From: Mobula hypostoma
Taxonomy: Eukaryota
Reading direction: 5' to 3'
Assembly (NCBI RefSeq): GCF_963921235.1
Contig: NC_086098.1
Span: forward strand, 237,460,001-237,524,000
Length of the DNA: 64,000 nt
The translations under genes and the position numbers were made by a program. Shown here in pieces: positions 52,544-64,000 of the stretch. Each line of letters opens with the position of its first letter. Positions within the stretch are counted from its first letter, which is position 1. Below the pieces are notes generated by a model. The model ran no database searches. It saw nothing but the letters and a program-made list of their open reading frames with translations, and was not told where the DNA came from.

Positions 52544-52633
52544 GCTGGTGTCTTCCTATAACGTTACTTCTTGGGCTCCTTGTCTTCCTGGTTATCCTAA
52601 TTATTATTCGGATCTCTAAACAGCGTAGATCAG
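52544..52633 (+). CDS. Transmembrane exon
   Basis: Acceptor ctctag. GWCLPITLLLGLLVFLVILIIIRISKQRRS; donor gtgaga; 90 nt, phase 1/1. Confidence 0.9.
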
Positions 52634-53917
52634 GTGAGAGTTGGCTTTTCAAAGCATATCCTTGTACGTATTAACAGTTACCGCCGTCCTTGTTTCAAGG
52701 CTCTGTGTGATCGTTGTTGCCAATGGGTTTTGAGCGAAGGACGAGGGAAGGAGTTGTGGCGACAATAAGGCGAATTGGACTGAAATCCCAGAGGTTAGGG
52801 GTCTGAGGTCTCAATCCCAGAAAACCTTTCTCCCACTATCAATGGTGTGTCTCTGTGTGCTGCTTATATTATTATTCTTACCGCATTTTATTTCCTGGAT
52901 CACTCTGGTAAACTGTGAGGTATGGACATAGCCAAGCATAGCCTTAATTGCTAGGAACTTCGTACTATTCTAGAGCTGTTTAGTATTCTCGCTTTATGAA
53001 GATTTATGAAATACTGTTGTGTTGATCTAAAAGTTTAACTCTACCGTGTAAAGACTTTGAGGAGATACTAGCTGTAGATATCACTTTTGGGACATGGTTC
53101 ATGTTCCATACACTTTCAATTTCCCCTTTTAATCCGCACATATCTGGTGTCTTTCACCTAGCTATTTCTCTGTGTTTTGTGTTTGGAATGGCTATATCTA
53201 TTAAGTTAATTGTTCTTTCTTGTTTTTCCTGTGATATTATATCCAGGCAGATATTATGCATCGCCCGGTCGGTAATAATGCAGCGGCATAACATAATTTG
53301 TCGGACACTGAGTCTAAAATTTAATTAGGCTTATAGTTACAGTAAGGTATAGTGCTTTTTATGAGTTTGGACTTTAGAGCAAGATTTTCGTAAATGATGT
53401 TTGTTATTTAATTATGCCTAGTGAGTAATCACATTGAGTTAAAATGTTGTAGTACCCTGCAATGTGGTGAATTGTTCCTGGTTTTTCAGGGCATTTTCTG
53501 AATTTATCGTCTTGAATTTGTTGGACTTTTATTGCATACTTTTGATGTTTTTTGTGTTACCTACCTGTTCCTATCTTGCCATAAGATATCTTTCTGGGGA
53601 AATGTTTTCAACTCTGAGCCAGGCATTCGACATTTCTTTGTCGACATCTAGTCTGTAAGGATCATGGGAAGTCTTCCGTGGAGGGCTGTGCTCTGCCATT
53701 GGTTACCCTTTTCTTTTGTGACGATAATCTCTTCATTTTTCTAAGTTGTGCTTTCATTGAAGTTTAATGAAATGCACAATACTTCATACCGGTATTGCAT
53801 ATGCTAGCATGGATGCTGGATCCTGTTTTCGTGTACGGAAATATATCCATCAATGTTTTATCTACCTGTTGGGTGGATTTTTAATGTCTGTTATTGCTCT
53901 TCCTCCCTCTGTCCAAG

Positions 53918-53932
53918 GTAATGTTAAGCTAG
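53918..53932 (+). CDS. Possible 15-nt cytoplasmic microexon
   Basis: Pyrimidine tract + caag / gtaatgttaagctag / gtatgt; phase-preserving. Speculative. Confidence 0.3.
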   Translation, partial: VMLS

Positions 53933-54457
53933 GTATGTTTAAGGGTGCAAGTTGTTTTCTAATATTTGTCATTTCAGTTCTTATTTCCGGTTCGGTTTCA
54001 GACTAAAATATTATGCCAATGTTGTTATGGTACAGAGAAAGTGTTTATTCCCATTGTTATATATATATATATATTTTTTTTTTTTACTTTGGGTGGAGGG
54101 GTGGAGATACGTCTCGACCAAAGGAGATGTAAGGCCCTCTTTCGCTCCGCTGGCTTGCAGGTCAATCTTGAGCAAGATGTAACACCTGCTGGGTATATGG
54201 GATTCCATGACGGAGCATTTTGTGTAGTTTGGAAATATTCTCGTTTTCGGGGTCATTGTCATATTTGGAAATGAATATGAAAGTCGCGACGCATCTAAGA
54301 ACCATCGATGAAATTGAAAAAAAAAATAGCATAGAGCAGCACCTGGTTTATTAGGGACTACCGTCATATTTGGATTGCTGGCATATGACATTTCTGTAAC
54401 TAATTATAAACTGGCCGGGCAAATAATAGTTCCAATTCGTTTTCTTTAAATACACAG

Positions 54458-54507
54458 GAAGCCATCGTCAATTGGCGACGCGCCAAGTACACGGCACTGC
54501 GGCTCAG
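54458..54507 (+). CDS. Probable cytoplasmic exon (frame undetermined)
   Basis: tttctttaaatacacag acceptor, cag/gtacgt donor; GC-rich 50 nt open in all three frames. Confidence 0.5.
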
Positions 54508-54814
54508 GTACGTATTGTGAATGCAACCCGTTGTAAGATTCACCAATGATGTTTGGGATTGGGTAAAAAAAAGAAAGATAGTTATGAACGGAGTCAACAG
54601 GGAATTATGAAACGGAAGCCATGCTTTACTAATCTGCTGCAGTTACTTTTGGGGTTATCTCGCAGAGGAAGGCTGGCACTGTCGTGACTCAGTTGAAAAA
54701 TCGGAGATCATTCTTTTCAATATCTTTGATTGTCAATGTTTGCTATACATTCCAGTCTCAAGCGCCGATCCTTTACGCCTCCCTCGATTTCGCTGCATCA
54801 TCTTCTCCCTGCAG

Positions 54815-54880
54815 ATGAGAATCTGGTTGAAGGGTTGCGAAGAAATGGACCGAATTTGGGATCACACTAAAAACCACTGA
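54815..54880 (+). CDS. Probable terminal coding exon
   Basis: tcttctccctgcag acceptor; stop at 54870 (phase 1) or 54880 (phase 0); AATAAA at 55095-55100. Confidence 0.55.
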   Translation: MRIWLKGCEEMDRIWDHTKNH

Positions 54881-55451
54881 ATGAACATCTGGCACTCCTA
54901 GATTGACAAGATTTGTACGGGCTGTATGATATGTGAATAGAATGTTGGGCTAACATTGATGTCGTGATTCTGGCATATTTTAAACCTTAAGTGCAGAACA
55001 GAGGTTTATTGCATAGTGTAAGTCTCATCTCAAAGCTTTCCTCTGTGTTATCATTTTGAATTTTCCTTTATATAAATCAAATACATTGTAACATAATAAA
55101 CAAAACTATATTGCAGTCATTAATGGTCACTTCCGTCGTTATTCCGCATGTGGTTACAAATTACGCTGCAGCACAGTTATTGTACAATGCGTCATATCGG
55201 ATTAACTTTATATTTATTGTACTTCTTTGTGTTTGCATTGTGTTTTATGCTGCGTCGGAACGAAGCAATAATAATTTTGTTCGATGTAGCTGACGAATGA
55301 CAAACTCTTGAATCTTGAGCTGTAGAGACCGCTGTTCGGACAATATCCGAAGTATTTGGTGAAGTTAAACACCGGCATCTGACCAAGACGTCTTTGGCCT
55401 GAAAGGAAAACAGCTTGGTTTTCAACCAAATACCATAAGACCAAATGACAT

Positions 55452-55990
55452 AGCAACAAAATTTGGCCATTCTGCCCAGCGAGCTTGCTCCGTTATTCCA
55501 TCATAACCAATTTATTATCCCTCTCACAACCACATTCTTCTGCATTCTCCCCCTAACCTTTGACATCCTTACTAATCAACAACCAATCAAACGCCGCTCT
55601 AAATATGCTCAAAACCTGGACTCCACAACTGTCCGTGGGAATGATTTCTACAGATTCACCACCCTCTCATTTAAGGGACGTCCCTCTATTCTGAGGCTGT
55701 GACCTTTGGTCTTAGACTTCCGCACTATAGGAAACATCTTCTGCACATCCACTCTGTCTGGACATTTCATTGTTCAATCTGTTTCACTGAAATCCCCCAC
55801 CCCTTTCATTCTCCTAAACTCCAGCCATCAAACGGTCCTCAACGTTCACTATTTCATTTCCGGAATCATTCTCGCCAACTTTCTCTGGATCCTCTCCAAT
55901 GTCAGCACATTCTTTCTTAGATAAGGAGCCCGAAAATGCTCACAATACAGCAAGTGTAATCTGACTGAAAATACCTGAGATACTTTAGAA
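55452..55990 (-). mobile_element. CR1 3' fragment
   Basis: HLLYCEHFRAPYLRKNVLTLERIQRK; 3' tail near 55455. Confidence 0.8.
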
Positions 55991-56084
55991 GAAGCATTCC
56001 TCAAACTGGGTTTAAAGTTTCTGTATGATCTTCCGTTTCCCTTGAACATTTTGGAAATGGTGCTGCAGGGATGTCAAACTGAGG

Positions 56085-56590
56085 CTTTACAAGGCACTGG
56101 TGAGGTCTCACCTTGAGTATTGTGAAAAGTTTTGGGCTCCTTATCTAAGAAAAGATGTGCTAGCATTGGAGAGGGTTCAGAGATCTTTCACAAGGATGAT
56201 TCCGTGAATGAAAGGGTTATCATTGGAGGAACGTTTGATGGCTCATGTTCTGTCCTCAATGGAATTGAGGCGGATGAGCGGAGAGGATATTATTGAAACC
56301 TTTCAATTTTTGAAAGGCCTATACAGCGTAGATGTGCTTGGGGAACGTAGGACAAGAGGGAATAGCCCCAGGATAGAAGAGCGCCCATTTAAAATACAGA
56401 TGCGAAGCATTTCTTTATCTAGAAGGTGGAGAATTTGCGGAATTTGTTACCACAGGCGGCTATGGAGGCCATGTCGTTGAGTGTATTTAAGGTGGAGATT
56501 GTTAGGTCCTTGATTGGCCGTGGCATCAAAGGTTACGAGGAGTAGGTCGGGGAGTGGGACTGAGCAGCGAGCGAGCGGAAAATCATCATG
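56085..56590 (+). mobile_element. CR1 3' fragment, inverted relative to 55452-55990
   Basis: aaggcactggtgaggtctcaccttgagtattgtg... to the 3' region. Confidence 0.8.
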
Positions 56591-57753
56591 GTCTTATTTT
56601 AAGTTTTTATTAGCGGTAAGAGCCTTCTACCGGTAGTCAGGCAGAGCCAGGGTTCCAAGAGTGACGTAATGAAATTCTTTGTATCAGAGGCCAGAAGAAA
56701 TGTGAAATTTTCTCGTGAAAAATCACAAAGAAGGGAAAAAAACATCGCGAAGCGTTTTGAGAATCGCTGATGAAGCGAAGATGACTAAATGTCAATCTGC
56801 TGGAATTTATTTTATTTGTGGTAATATTATTTTATGTGTTGTGTGGGAGGTATATGTACTGTATTGTGGGCCTTTGCCGGAAAGAATGACTTTTCATTTG
56901 GTTGCATACATGTGTATGGCAGTACATTGAACTAGAACTAAATCATCCCAGACTTAGCATAAGAATGGCAAATATTTTTAGATCTAAAGCAGTGCGTGTA
57001 CGGACGGTAATCAAACTTGGGTTTCTCGTGTTTCTTGCCGAATGTGTTTTCATTGTGTAACGATTTGACTTAGTGTCTTCTTAAGCAGAAGAATTTCCCA
57101 CCAAATTTGGAGACAAATATTGGGAATCCATTAATGGTGGCGGTTTCAAATGTCCCCTCGCCCATTCTCTCCCTTACCTCTGTCCTACCCCACCCCGCAG
57201 CCCTCCTGCCACGCTCTTCGTTGTGAGCTTCCTTGACCTCTGTACATCAGAGGTGATTCAAGCAAACTGGTAAGTGTCTGAAATGGCCCACTCTTGAGAT
57301 TCACAATAAGAATCAGGTTTAATGTCACTTGCAAATTTCGTGAAATTTGTTGATTTGTGGCAGCAGAAAATTACAATACATAAATATTAAAACTATCAAT
57401 TAGAGTAAGAAGCAGATATAAAAATTAAATTAAATAATTGATGCAAAAACAGAGGGAAAATACGAACACAATGTAATATGCTCATTCAGAAATCTGATGG
57501 TAGCGGGGAAGAGTCTGTTCCTGCAACGTTGTGCGTGTCTTTAGTCTTCTGTAACTCCTCCTTGATAGTCAATTTTAGTTTTTTGCCGATTGAAGCGTTG
57601 CGGCCTTAAACAATTACTTACAGAATATCAGTGAAAACACGTCAGTCCATATTGTCATTCCGGGAACTTTACACCAACAAATTATTTCTGAGTAAACAGT
57701 GTAAACCATGAGCTGGGAAAGCGAGTTTACGGGATATTATGTACCAGTGGACA

Positions 57754-59090
57754 GTGCCACATTTGGAAAGCGGTGAAATGATCGGACAAAGTCAGCATGG
57801 ATTTGTGAAAGGAAAATCATGTCTGACGAATCTCATAGAATTTTTTGAGGATGTAACTAGTAGAGTGGATAGGGGAGAACCAGTGGATGTGGTATATTTG
57901 GATTTTCAAAAGGCTTTTGACAAGGTCCCACATAGGAGATTAGTGTGCAAACTTAAAGCACACGGTATTGGGGGTAAGGTATTGGTGTGGGTGGAGAATT
58001 GGTTAGCAGACAGGAAGCAAAGAGTGGGAATAAACGGGACCTTTTCAGAATGGCAGGCGGTGACTAGTGGGGTACCGCAAGGCTCAGTGCTGGGACCCCA
58101 GTTGTTTACAATATATATTAATGACTTGGATGAGGGAATTAAATGCAGCATCTCCAAGTTTGCGGATGACACGAAGCTGGGTGGCAGTGTTAGCAGTGAG
58201 GAGGATGCTAAGAGGATGCAGGGTGACTTGGATAGGTTGGGTGAGTGGGCAAACTCATGGCAGATGCAATTTAATGTGGATAAATGTGAAGTTATCCACT
58301 TTGGTGGCAAAAATAGGAAAACAGATTATTATCTGAATGGTGGCCGATTAGGAAAAGGGGAGGTGCAACGAGACCTGGGTGTCATTATAGACCAGTCATT
58401 GAAAGTGGGCATGCAGGTACAGCAGGCGGTGAAAAAGGCGAACGGTATGCTGGCATTTATAGCGAGAGGATTCGAGTACAGGAGCAGGGAGGTACTACTG
58501 CAGTTGTACAAGGCCTTGGTGAGACCACACCTGGAGTATTGTGTGCAGTTTTGGTCCCCTAATCTGAGGAAAGACATCTTTGCCATAGAGGGAGTACAAA
58601 GAAGGTTCACCAGATTGATTCCTGGGATGGCAGGTCTTTCATATGAAGAAAGACTGGATGAACTGGGCTTGTACTCGTTGGAATTTAGAAGATTGAGGGG
58701 TGATCTGATTGAAACGTATAAGATCCTAAAGGGATTGGACAGGCTAGATGCGGGAAGATTGTTCCCGATGTTGGGGAGGTCTAGAACGAGGGATCACAGT
58801 TTGAGGATAGAGGGGAAGCCTTTTAGGACCGAGGTTAGGAAAAACTTCTTCACACAGAGAGTGGTGAATCTGTGGAATTCTCTGCCACAGCAAACTGTTG
58901 AGGCCAGTTCATTAGCTATGTTTAAAAGGAAGTTAGATATGGCCCTTGTGGCTACAGGGGTCAGGGGGTATGGAGGGAAGGCTGGGTTCTGAGTTGGATG
59001 ATCAGCCATGATCATAATAAATGGCGGTGCAGGCTCTAAGGGCCGAATGGCCTACTCCTGCACCTATTTTCTATGTTTCTATGTTTCTAT
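57754..59090 (+). mobile_element. Young 5'-truncated CR1 with uninterrupted RT ORF and (TTTCTATG)n tail
   Basis: ORF 57739..58992, 417 aa, with canonical SQHGF, DFQKAFDKVPH, GVPQGSVLGP, FADDTK, RPHLEYCVQFW; tail ttctatgtttctatgtttctatg. Confidence 0.96.
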
Positions 59091-59440
59091 GACACCTTTC
59101 AGCGTTCACATACAAGCACCTTCCAGTTTCCACTCAGCTATTTGGATTCACCTGCCACTCTTTCCAGCCTCCTCACCTGCTGCCTATTTAACCCCAGTTC
59201 TCAACCACAATCCTTGTTCACCTATTGAACCAGACGAACTCATCCAGTTGCTCCTTGCTTTCACTCTCCCTGGCTAAAGTATACCCTGTTGCCTGTTTTG
59301 TTTAGTTTATGTTTACAATGCTGCTGTGGTCCCTCGTGGCTTGTTATTTTGTGGTCTTTTATTAAATTATTATTCACCGTTGAATCGTCTCCGCGGCTCT
59401 GCTTTAGGTCAGGCCTCTTCTGCATTTCTTGACCGCAACA
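59091..59440 (+). mobile_element. LTR-like remnant, probably continuous with 57700-57753 and split by the CR1
   Basis: cacctgctgcctatttaaccc TATA-like box, attaaa, terminal ...caaca; no matching TSD found. Confidence 0.4.
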
Positions 59441-60199
59441 CGTGGAATCGAAAATACACAGCGCTCTCTTTGTCCAATCTGATGCAATCTTGAATTAGAT
59501 CAAGCCAAATTTTCCTACAAAGTGAAATTAAATGTATCAGTTCAAGAAAACCAAAACTCTGTTTACCACAAGTGATAAATCGAGATTAAAAAAAAACAAA
59601 CAGCAAAACATAACAACCGGTTCTGTAAAAATAGGATTGAATATTCTTCTTGGAATGTGGTTTGCAATAGTGTAGGAGAAATTGCTTCAGAGTGTCACGA
59701 GTTGATGTTCCCGAGGGCTGGTATATTGAGCAGAACTGGTAGCTTCTCAACTGGGTATGTTAGAAATGACTTAGCATGGCTGAGCTGACGTAATTTTGTA
59801 GTCACCAGGAAGGACATAAATCTCATCTGTAACAGGTTGCCATCTTATTGTGTATGACTTCCGAAAGCCCTCAGAACACCATCGCCTTATGACTGGAACT
59901 GTCACTGACAGCCCTTCCCACTGCATACCTGCTACATGTCATATCCGCATAGCGAATCCTATCTTCCACCTGCACTCTCGCTTTTGAATCCACTTTAAAA
60001 GTCAGACCAGCGGAGGCAGCTGGTAATGTTAAACGAAGAGCATCATAAGAGGGTCCCGGGAACAGAAGGAGACCGTTCGTCCCATCAAAATTTTTCCACA
60101 GTATTATTAAATTCTGACTCTCTTCGGTGGTGAAAAGATTTCGCCAGCTCCATAGAATCAGGGTCGATGAGTGAGGTGAAGAAGCAAGAATAATACCAT

Positions 60200-60400
60200 A
60201 AGATCATAAGACATAGGAGCAGAATTAGGCCTTTCGCCCCATTAAGTCCTCTCCGCCATGACTAATTTATTATCCCTTTCAACCATATTCTTCTGCCTTT
60301 TCCCATAACCTTCAACACCCTTCCTAATCAGCAACCTGTCAACGTCCACTCTCTGTCTAAAGAAAATTATCCTCTTCTCTGACCTAAAGAACTGTTGTAT
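60200..60400 (-). mobile_element. CR1 3' tail fragment
   Basis: cataagacataggagcagaattaggcctttcgcccc. Confidence 0.7.
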
Positions 60401-61539
60401 TCATAGGGGATGATGGGCATGGTGTTTTAAAGATGAGTGAATTAAGTTGTGGATGGTGAGAAATAGATAGACATTGGATGTAGTTCAAAATAATAAACGT
60501 AACAATGGCGGCTAGTGTTGAAACATCAACTTGTTCAAATTAATATAAAGGACGTGAACAAATGTTTCATAACTTTCTCAGGACACGAAGACATTTAGAA
60601 GACGAAGATTTGAAAGTGCCAGAAAGAGGCCAAGACTGTTAAAGGTAGTTTAACAAGTGCCGTGCAGCACGGGTAAATGCGAAATTGGTCATTCAGATAG
60701 AAAATGTAGCAATGAAGAAAGTGAGGTACAAGATCAGACACTGAAGATCTCTGAGGCACACAGCGATGAGGATCTCCCACTGTTTCAGCACAAAACGTCA
60801 GCATGCAAATACGGCAAGTATTTAATTAAGAAAAGTAACGTAATTGTAGACTTGGGTGCAATGGAATTCAGTGTTTTCAAGAAACTCGTGGACCAAACAG
60901 TAGATAACATCATATTAAATACAGAAATAAATATTACGATGAGTGCAAAACAAAAATTATGATACCTTAGTCGACATCGTTCTTTAATGACCCCCATTAT
61001 CCAGAACATGCCTTGGATCCATTGCTAAAATCAGGTAGGTGGTACAGCAGCCTAAAAGACACATATTCAGCATTTTAGGAGCAATTTCTATCCCACTGCA
61101 GCAGATTTCTGAACGGACAATGAGCAAACCCATGGATGCTACCTCAGTATTTTTGCTCTCTTTTTGTACTATTTATTCAATTTGATTTCTCAATCTATTT
61201 TATTGCAATTCATAGTTTTTTTTTAAGTATGACATTAAACTGCTGCAGCAACAGAACTAATTTCAAGACAGACGCCTGCTTCGATATTAAACCTGATTGT
61301 GATTCGGATTACTTAGTAGTGCAATCTAGGCCATGCAAAATGCTGAAGGGCCAATAATGGAATATAGGAGTACGTGGCAGTACCATTACGTCAGCCGAAG
61401 CCCAGATCTAATGTTATTCTGCATTACTATTGCTGAAGCAAAAGGTTCCGCTCCACCTACTGAATGTTTTTATAATATATTGAAAACTTTTCAATTAAAT
61501 TGATCCTTAAGCTCTCTGCAAATGAACTCAGCAATTGTA

Positions 61540-64000
61540 TTCCTCATTTAATTAGTGAAGAGTCATTCAGTGGTTCAACAGTAACTCAATGATATAGAGT
61601 CAAATCTCGACAACGTCAATCAGAAAATAGCGATGGCAGAGACACGAATTGAAAAAGTGGGAGATCGCGTGCACAAACGTGGAACAGATACTCAGTAAGA
61701 CGATAAAAATATTAAATCAACAGGTAAGTAAATTGCTTGACCAGGAGGGAAGATTGCGACAAAAACAAACAAAAAAAAAAATCAGGGTTTATAATGTTCC
61801 CGAAGGAGCGGAGGGGTTTTCGATGATGAAGTTTGTGGAAAAGTTGCTGCGGGACGCGCTGGAGATTGGCCCGACTATGGAGATTGAAATTGGGAGGGCG
61901 CATCGTGCGCTCGGCCCGAGGCCTCCCAGAGACAGAGAGAGTAATCCGCGCTCAATAGTTCTTAGAAGCTTTCGATTCAAGAGTCAGGTGGAGATTCTCC
62001 GAAGGGCCTAGGATAAGAAGAGGGTGTTTTGGAACGGGAAGTTAATATACTTCAATCAAGACTACCCCCCGGCGGTCCTACAGAAACGGAAGGAATAATC
62101 CGAAGCGAAACGAATATTAAAGGAAGAAAAGATTAAAATCCAAACTCCGTACCCTGCTAACTGAGGGTGTTTTACGAAGGAGGAATACAGCTCTATCGGA
62201 TGGTGGAAGAGGTGACTATAGAAATGAAGAACAGAGGGCAGCCCATTAGCGTGGTCAGACCGAGGGAATGCCTGGCTGAGCAGTTATCCGAATCTGCTTG
62301 GGAAATAGTAAGAGAAACGAGAAAGCAGGGGACGGGAGGAGGACGAGAAAAGGATATTCGTAAGAGTCTTTGACTTCTCCGAAGACAGCCCTGACCTCCT
62401 CCAAAAGAGTCGTAATGCTTGGCTAACGTTAAAAGTGCCGATAAGCTAAACTGCAGCAAAAATAGACGGTGATACCCCTATCTCGAGAAATACGAATTAT
62501 AATGTGGATTTTCTATTACTCGTGTTTTTATTTATTCATTCATTCTCTCCTTTTTCCACACCGAAAGGAGAATATATACACGGAAGGAATACACAGGGAA
62601 ATTATTTCTGTTAAATGGACATAGATCATTTTACTTACTTTTATAGGTACTACAGTGGGGGCCCTCAACTCACAGGTAGGAGGGGCTGTCCCCCACGAAT
62701 AGACGTTTCTTCGAGCTCAACCCAGAGTCAGCTGGAGTCCCTAGCCTTGGAATCACATCTTCGTTATCTTTTTTGTTATTATTCGTGTTTCTTGGCTCTT
62801 ATTTTTTCAGGGAGAAGATCGATTATAAAACTTGCAATGATATACTACAGATAAATACACATGGCTAAGGACAAAGTAAAATTAATTTCGTTTAACGTCA
62901 ATAGGTTGTTGAATCCAAACAAACGCAGTAAAATTCCATCAAAAATGAAAATAGAATAAGCCAATGTAGTAAATTTACATGAAACTCACTGTAAAGATAA
63001 TGAGCATGGAACATTAAAGAGAATGGGCTTGACTAATTTGTTTTTCTCCTTATATAAATGAGGACATAAGAGTGGAGTTGCTATTCTCATCTGCAACAAG
63101 CTAAATTTTGAAAAAAAAAGTATTCGAAATGGGACATAAAGAGGGCAGATATATTCTGGTAAGGGGTAATATGGATGGAAATCCAGTTAATTTATTGAAT
63201 CCATGCGCACCCCCGGGAAGTGATATCAGATTCTTCCAGAAAAATTCTAATATTATGGTAACGGAAACAGAAGGTCTCTTGATATGCAGGGGAGACTTAA
63301 CTTCACAATTACAGCCAAAGTTAGACTCTTCCAATAGAAACACTTCTGAAACAAAGGCTTTACATGAGAAAGTTAACACTGTTTTTGAGGAAGTTGGTCT
63401 GATTGACATATGGCGGGACCTTTCCCCCAAGAGAATGGATTGCACTCATTATTCTTCCCCCCATTCCGTATATACAAGAATAGACTATTTCATAACATTT
63501 GGAAAAGATAAAGACAAAATAATCACCTGTGGTAATGGGACAATAGATGTAAGTGACGATACACCTGTATGTGTATCTGTTGATTTTGACCGACAACAAA
63601 AGAGTACTATTGGAAACTAAATTCAAGTCTACTCAATGATCCCAATTTAAGGAACAAATTAAAAAATAAATTGGTCTTTTCGTGGAATTCAATGATAATG
63701 GAATGTTTTCTGATACTCTGAAGACTGCCTTAAGAGGGAAAATTATAGCGATATCTTCATATAAGAAAAAAAAAGAATACAACATTAGAGGAATTACAAA
63801 ATAAACTGAAGGAACTAGAGAAAGACACAAATTGAGTTTGGCACAGGATATGCTAGATGAAATTTTAAAAACTAGGAATGAAATTAATAGTTTGGCTACA
63901 CAAGTAGTTAGGAAAAAAATTAATGTTTCTGAAACAGAGGCACTATGAAAGTTGTTCTAAATTAATGAAAATACCGGCGTGGGAACCGAATCAAAGGATA
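61540..64000 (+). mobile_element. L1-clade LINE: decayed ORF1 and 5' part of ORF2 (endonuclease), runs off the right edge
   Basis: ORF1 IRVYNVPEGAEG...IGRAHRALGPRP...PRSIVLR; ORF2 from about 62860 (KLISFNV), GRYILVRG, DIWRDL, YTRIDYF. Confidence 0.9.

Noticed and set aside
50325-52633. Calling the V-C-TM gene a TCR chain, pre-TCR alpha or Ig light chain
   Set aside because: It has no RSS or separate J, and no charged TM residue or TCR TM motif. A TM exon excludes a light chain, and pre-TCR alpha lacks a V domain.
53767-54006. Hydrophobic ORF in the receptor intron as a second TM exon
   Set aside because: No convincing acceptor or in-frame link; low-complexity AT-rich sequence.
57251-57269. 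Exon-like 19-nt segment with pyrimidine tract and gtaagt donor
   Set aside because: No partner exons or recognisable product; lies beyond the likely poly(A) site.
15284-60810. Perfect octamers ATGCAAAT at 15284, 45381 and 60803
   Set aside because: About the number expected by chance; none is adjacent to a leader exon.
60589-60962. Purine-rich ORF (101 aa) and a basic, NLS-like mini-exon candidate
   Set aside because: No recognisable domain and no supporting gene structure.

Overview
Eukaryotic, repeat-dense DNA, almost certainly from a cartilaginous fish (shark/ray/skate); this is inferred from the Ig isotype and the TE complement. Three immunoglobulin-superfamily units sit in a sea of decayed retroelements (CR1, Rex1/Babar, RTE, Penelope, L1, solo LTRs) and Tc1 fragments. 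(1) A complete, open Ig light-chain gene lies on the minus strand (leader 41019-40971, germline-joined VJ exon 40864-40511, C exon 38820-38492); it resembles the chondrichthyan type I / NS5 / sigma-cart isotype. (2) An inverted paralogue of that unit lies at about 990-5870 on the plus strand. Its C exon (1903-2230) has a 1-bp frameshift and its VJ probably lies just left of the window. (3) A non-rearranging receptor gene lies on the plus strand, 9.3 kb head-to-head from the light chain: leader 50325-50379, VJ-like exon 51046-51369, C1-set exon 51453-51773, TM exon 52544-52633, and uncertain cytoplasmic exons to about 54880. It has antigen-receptor architecture but no RSS, no charged TM residue and an unusual cysteine pattern. 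It is the most interesting object here. All alignments and counts were done by eye; TE boundaries are approximate.
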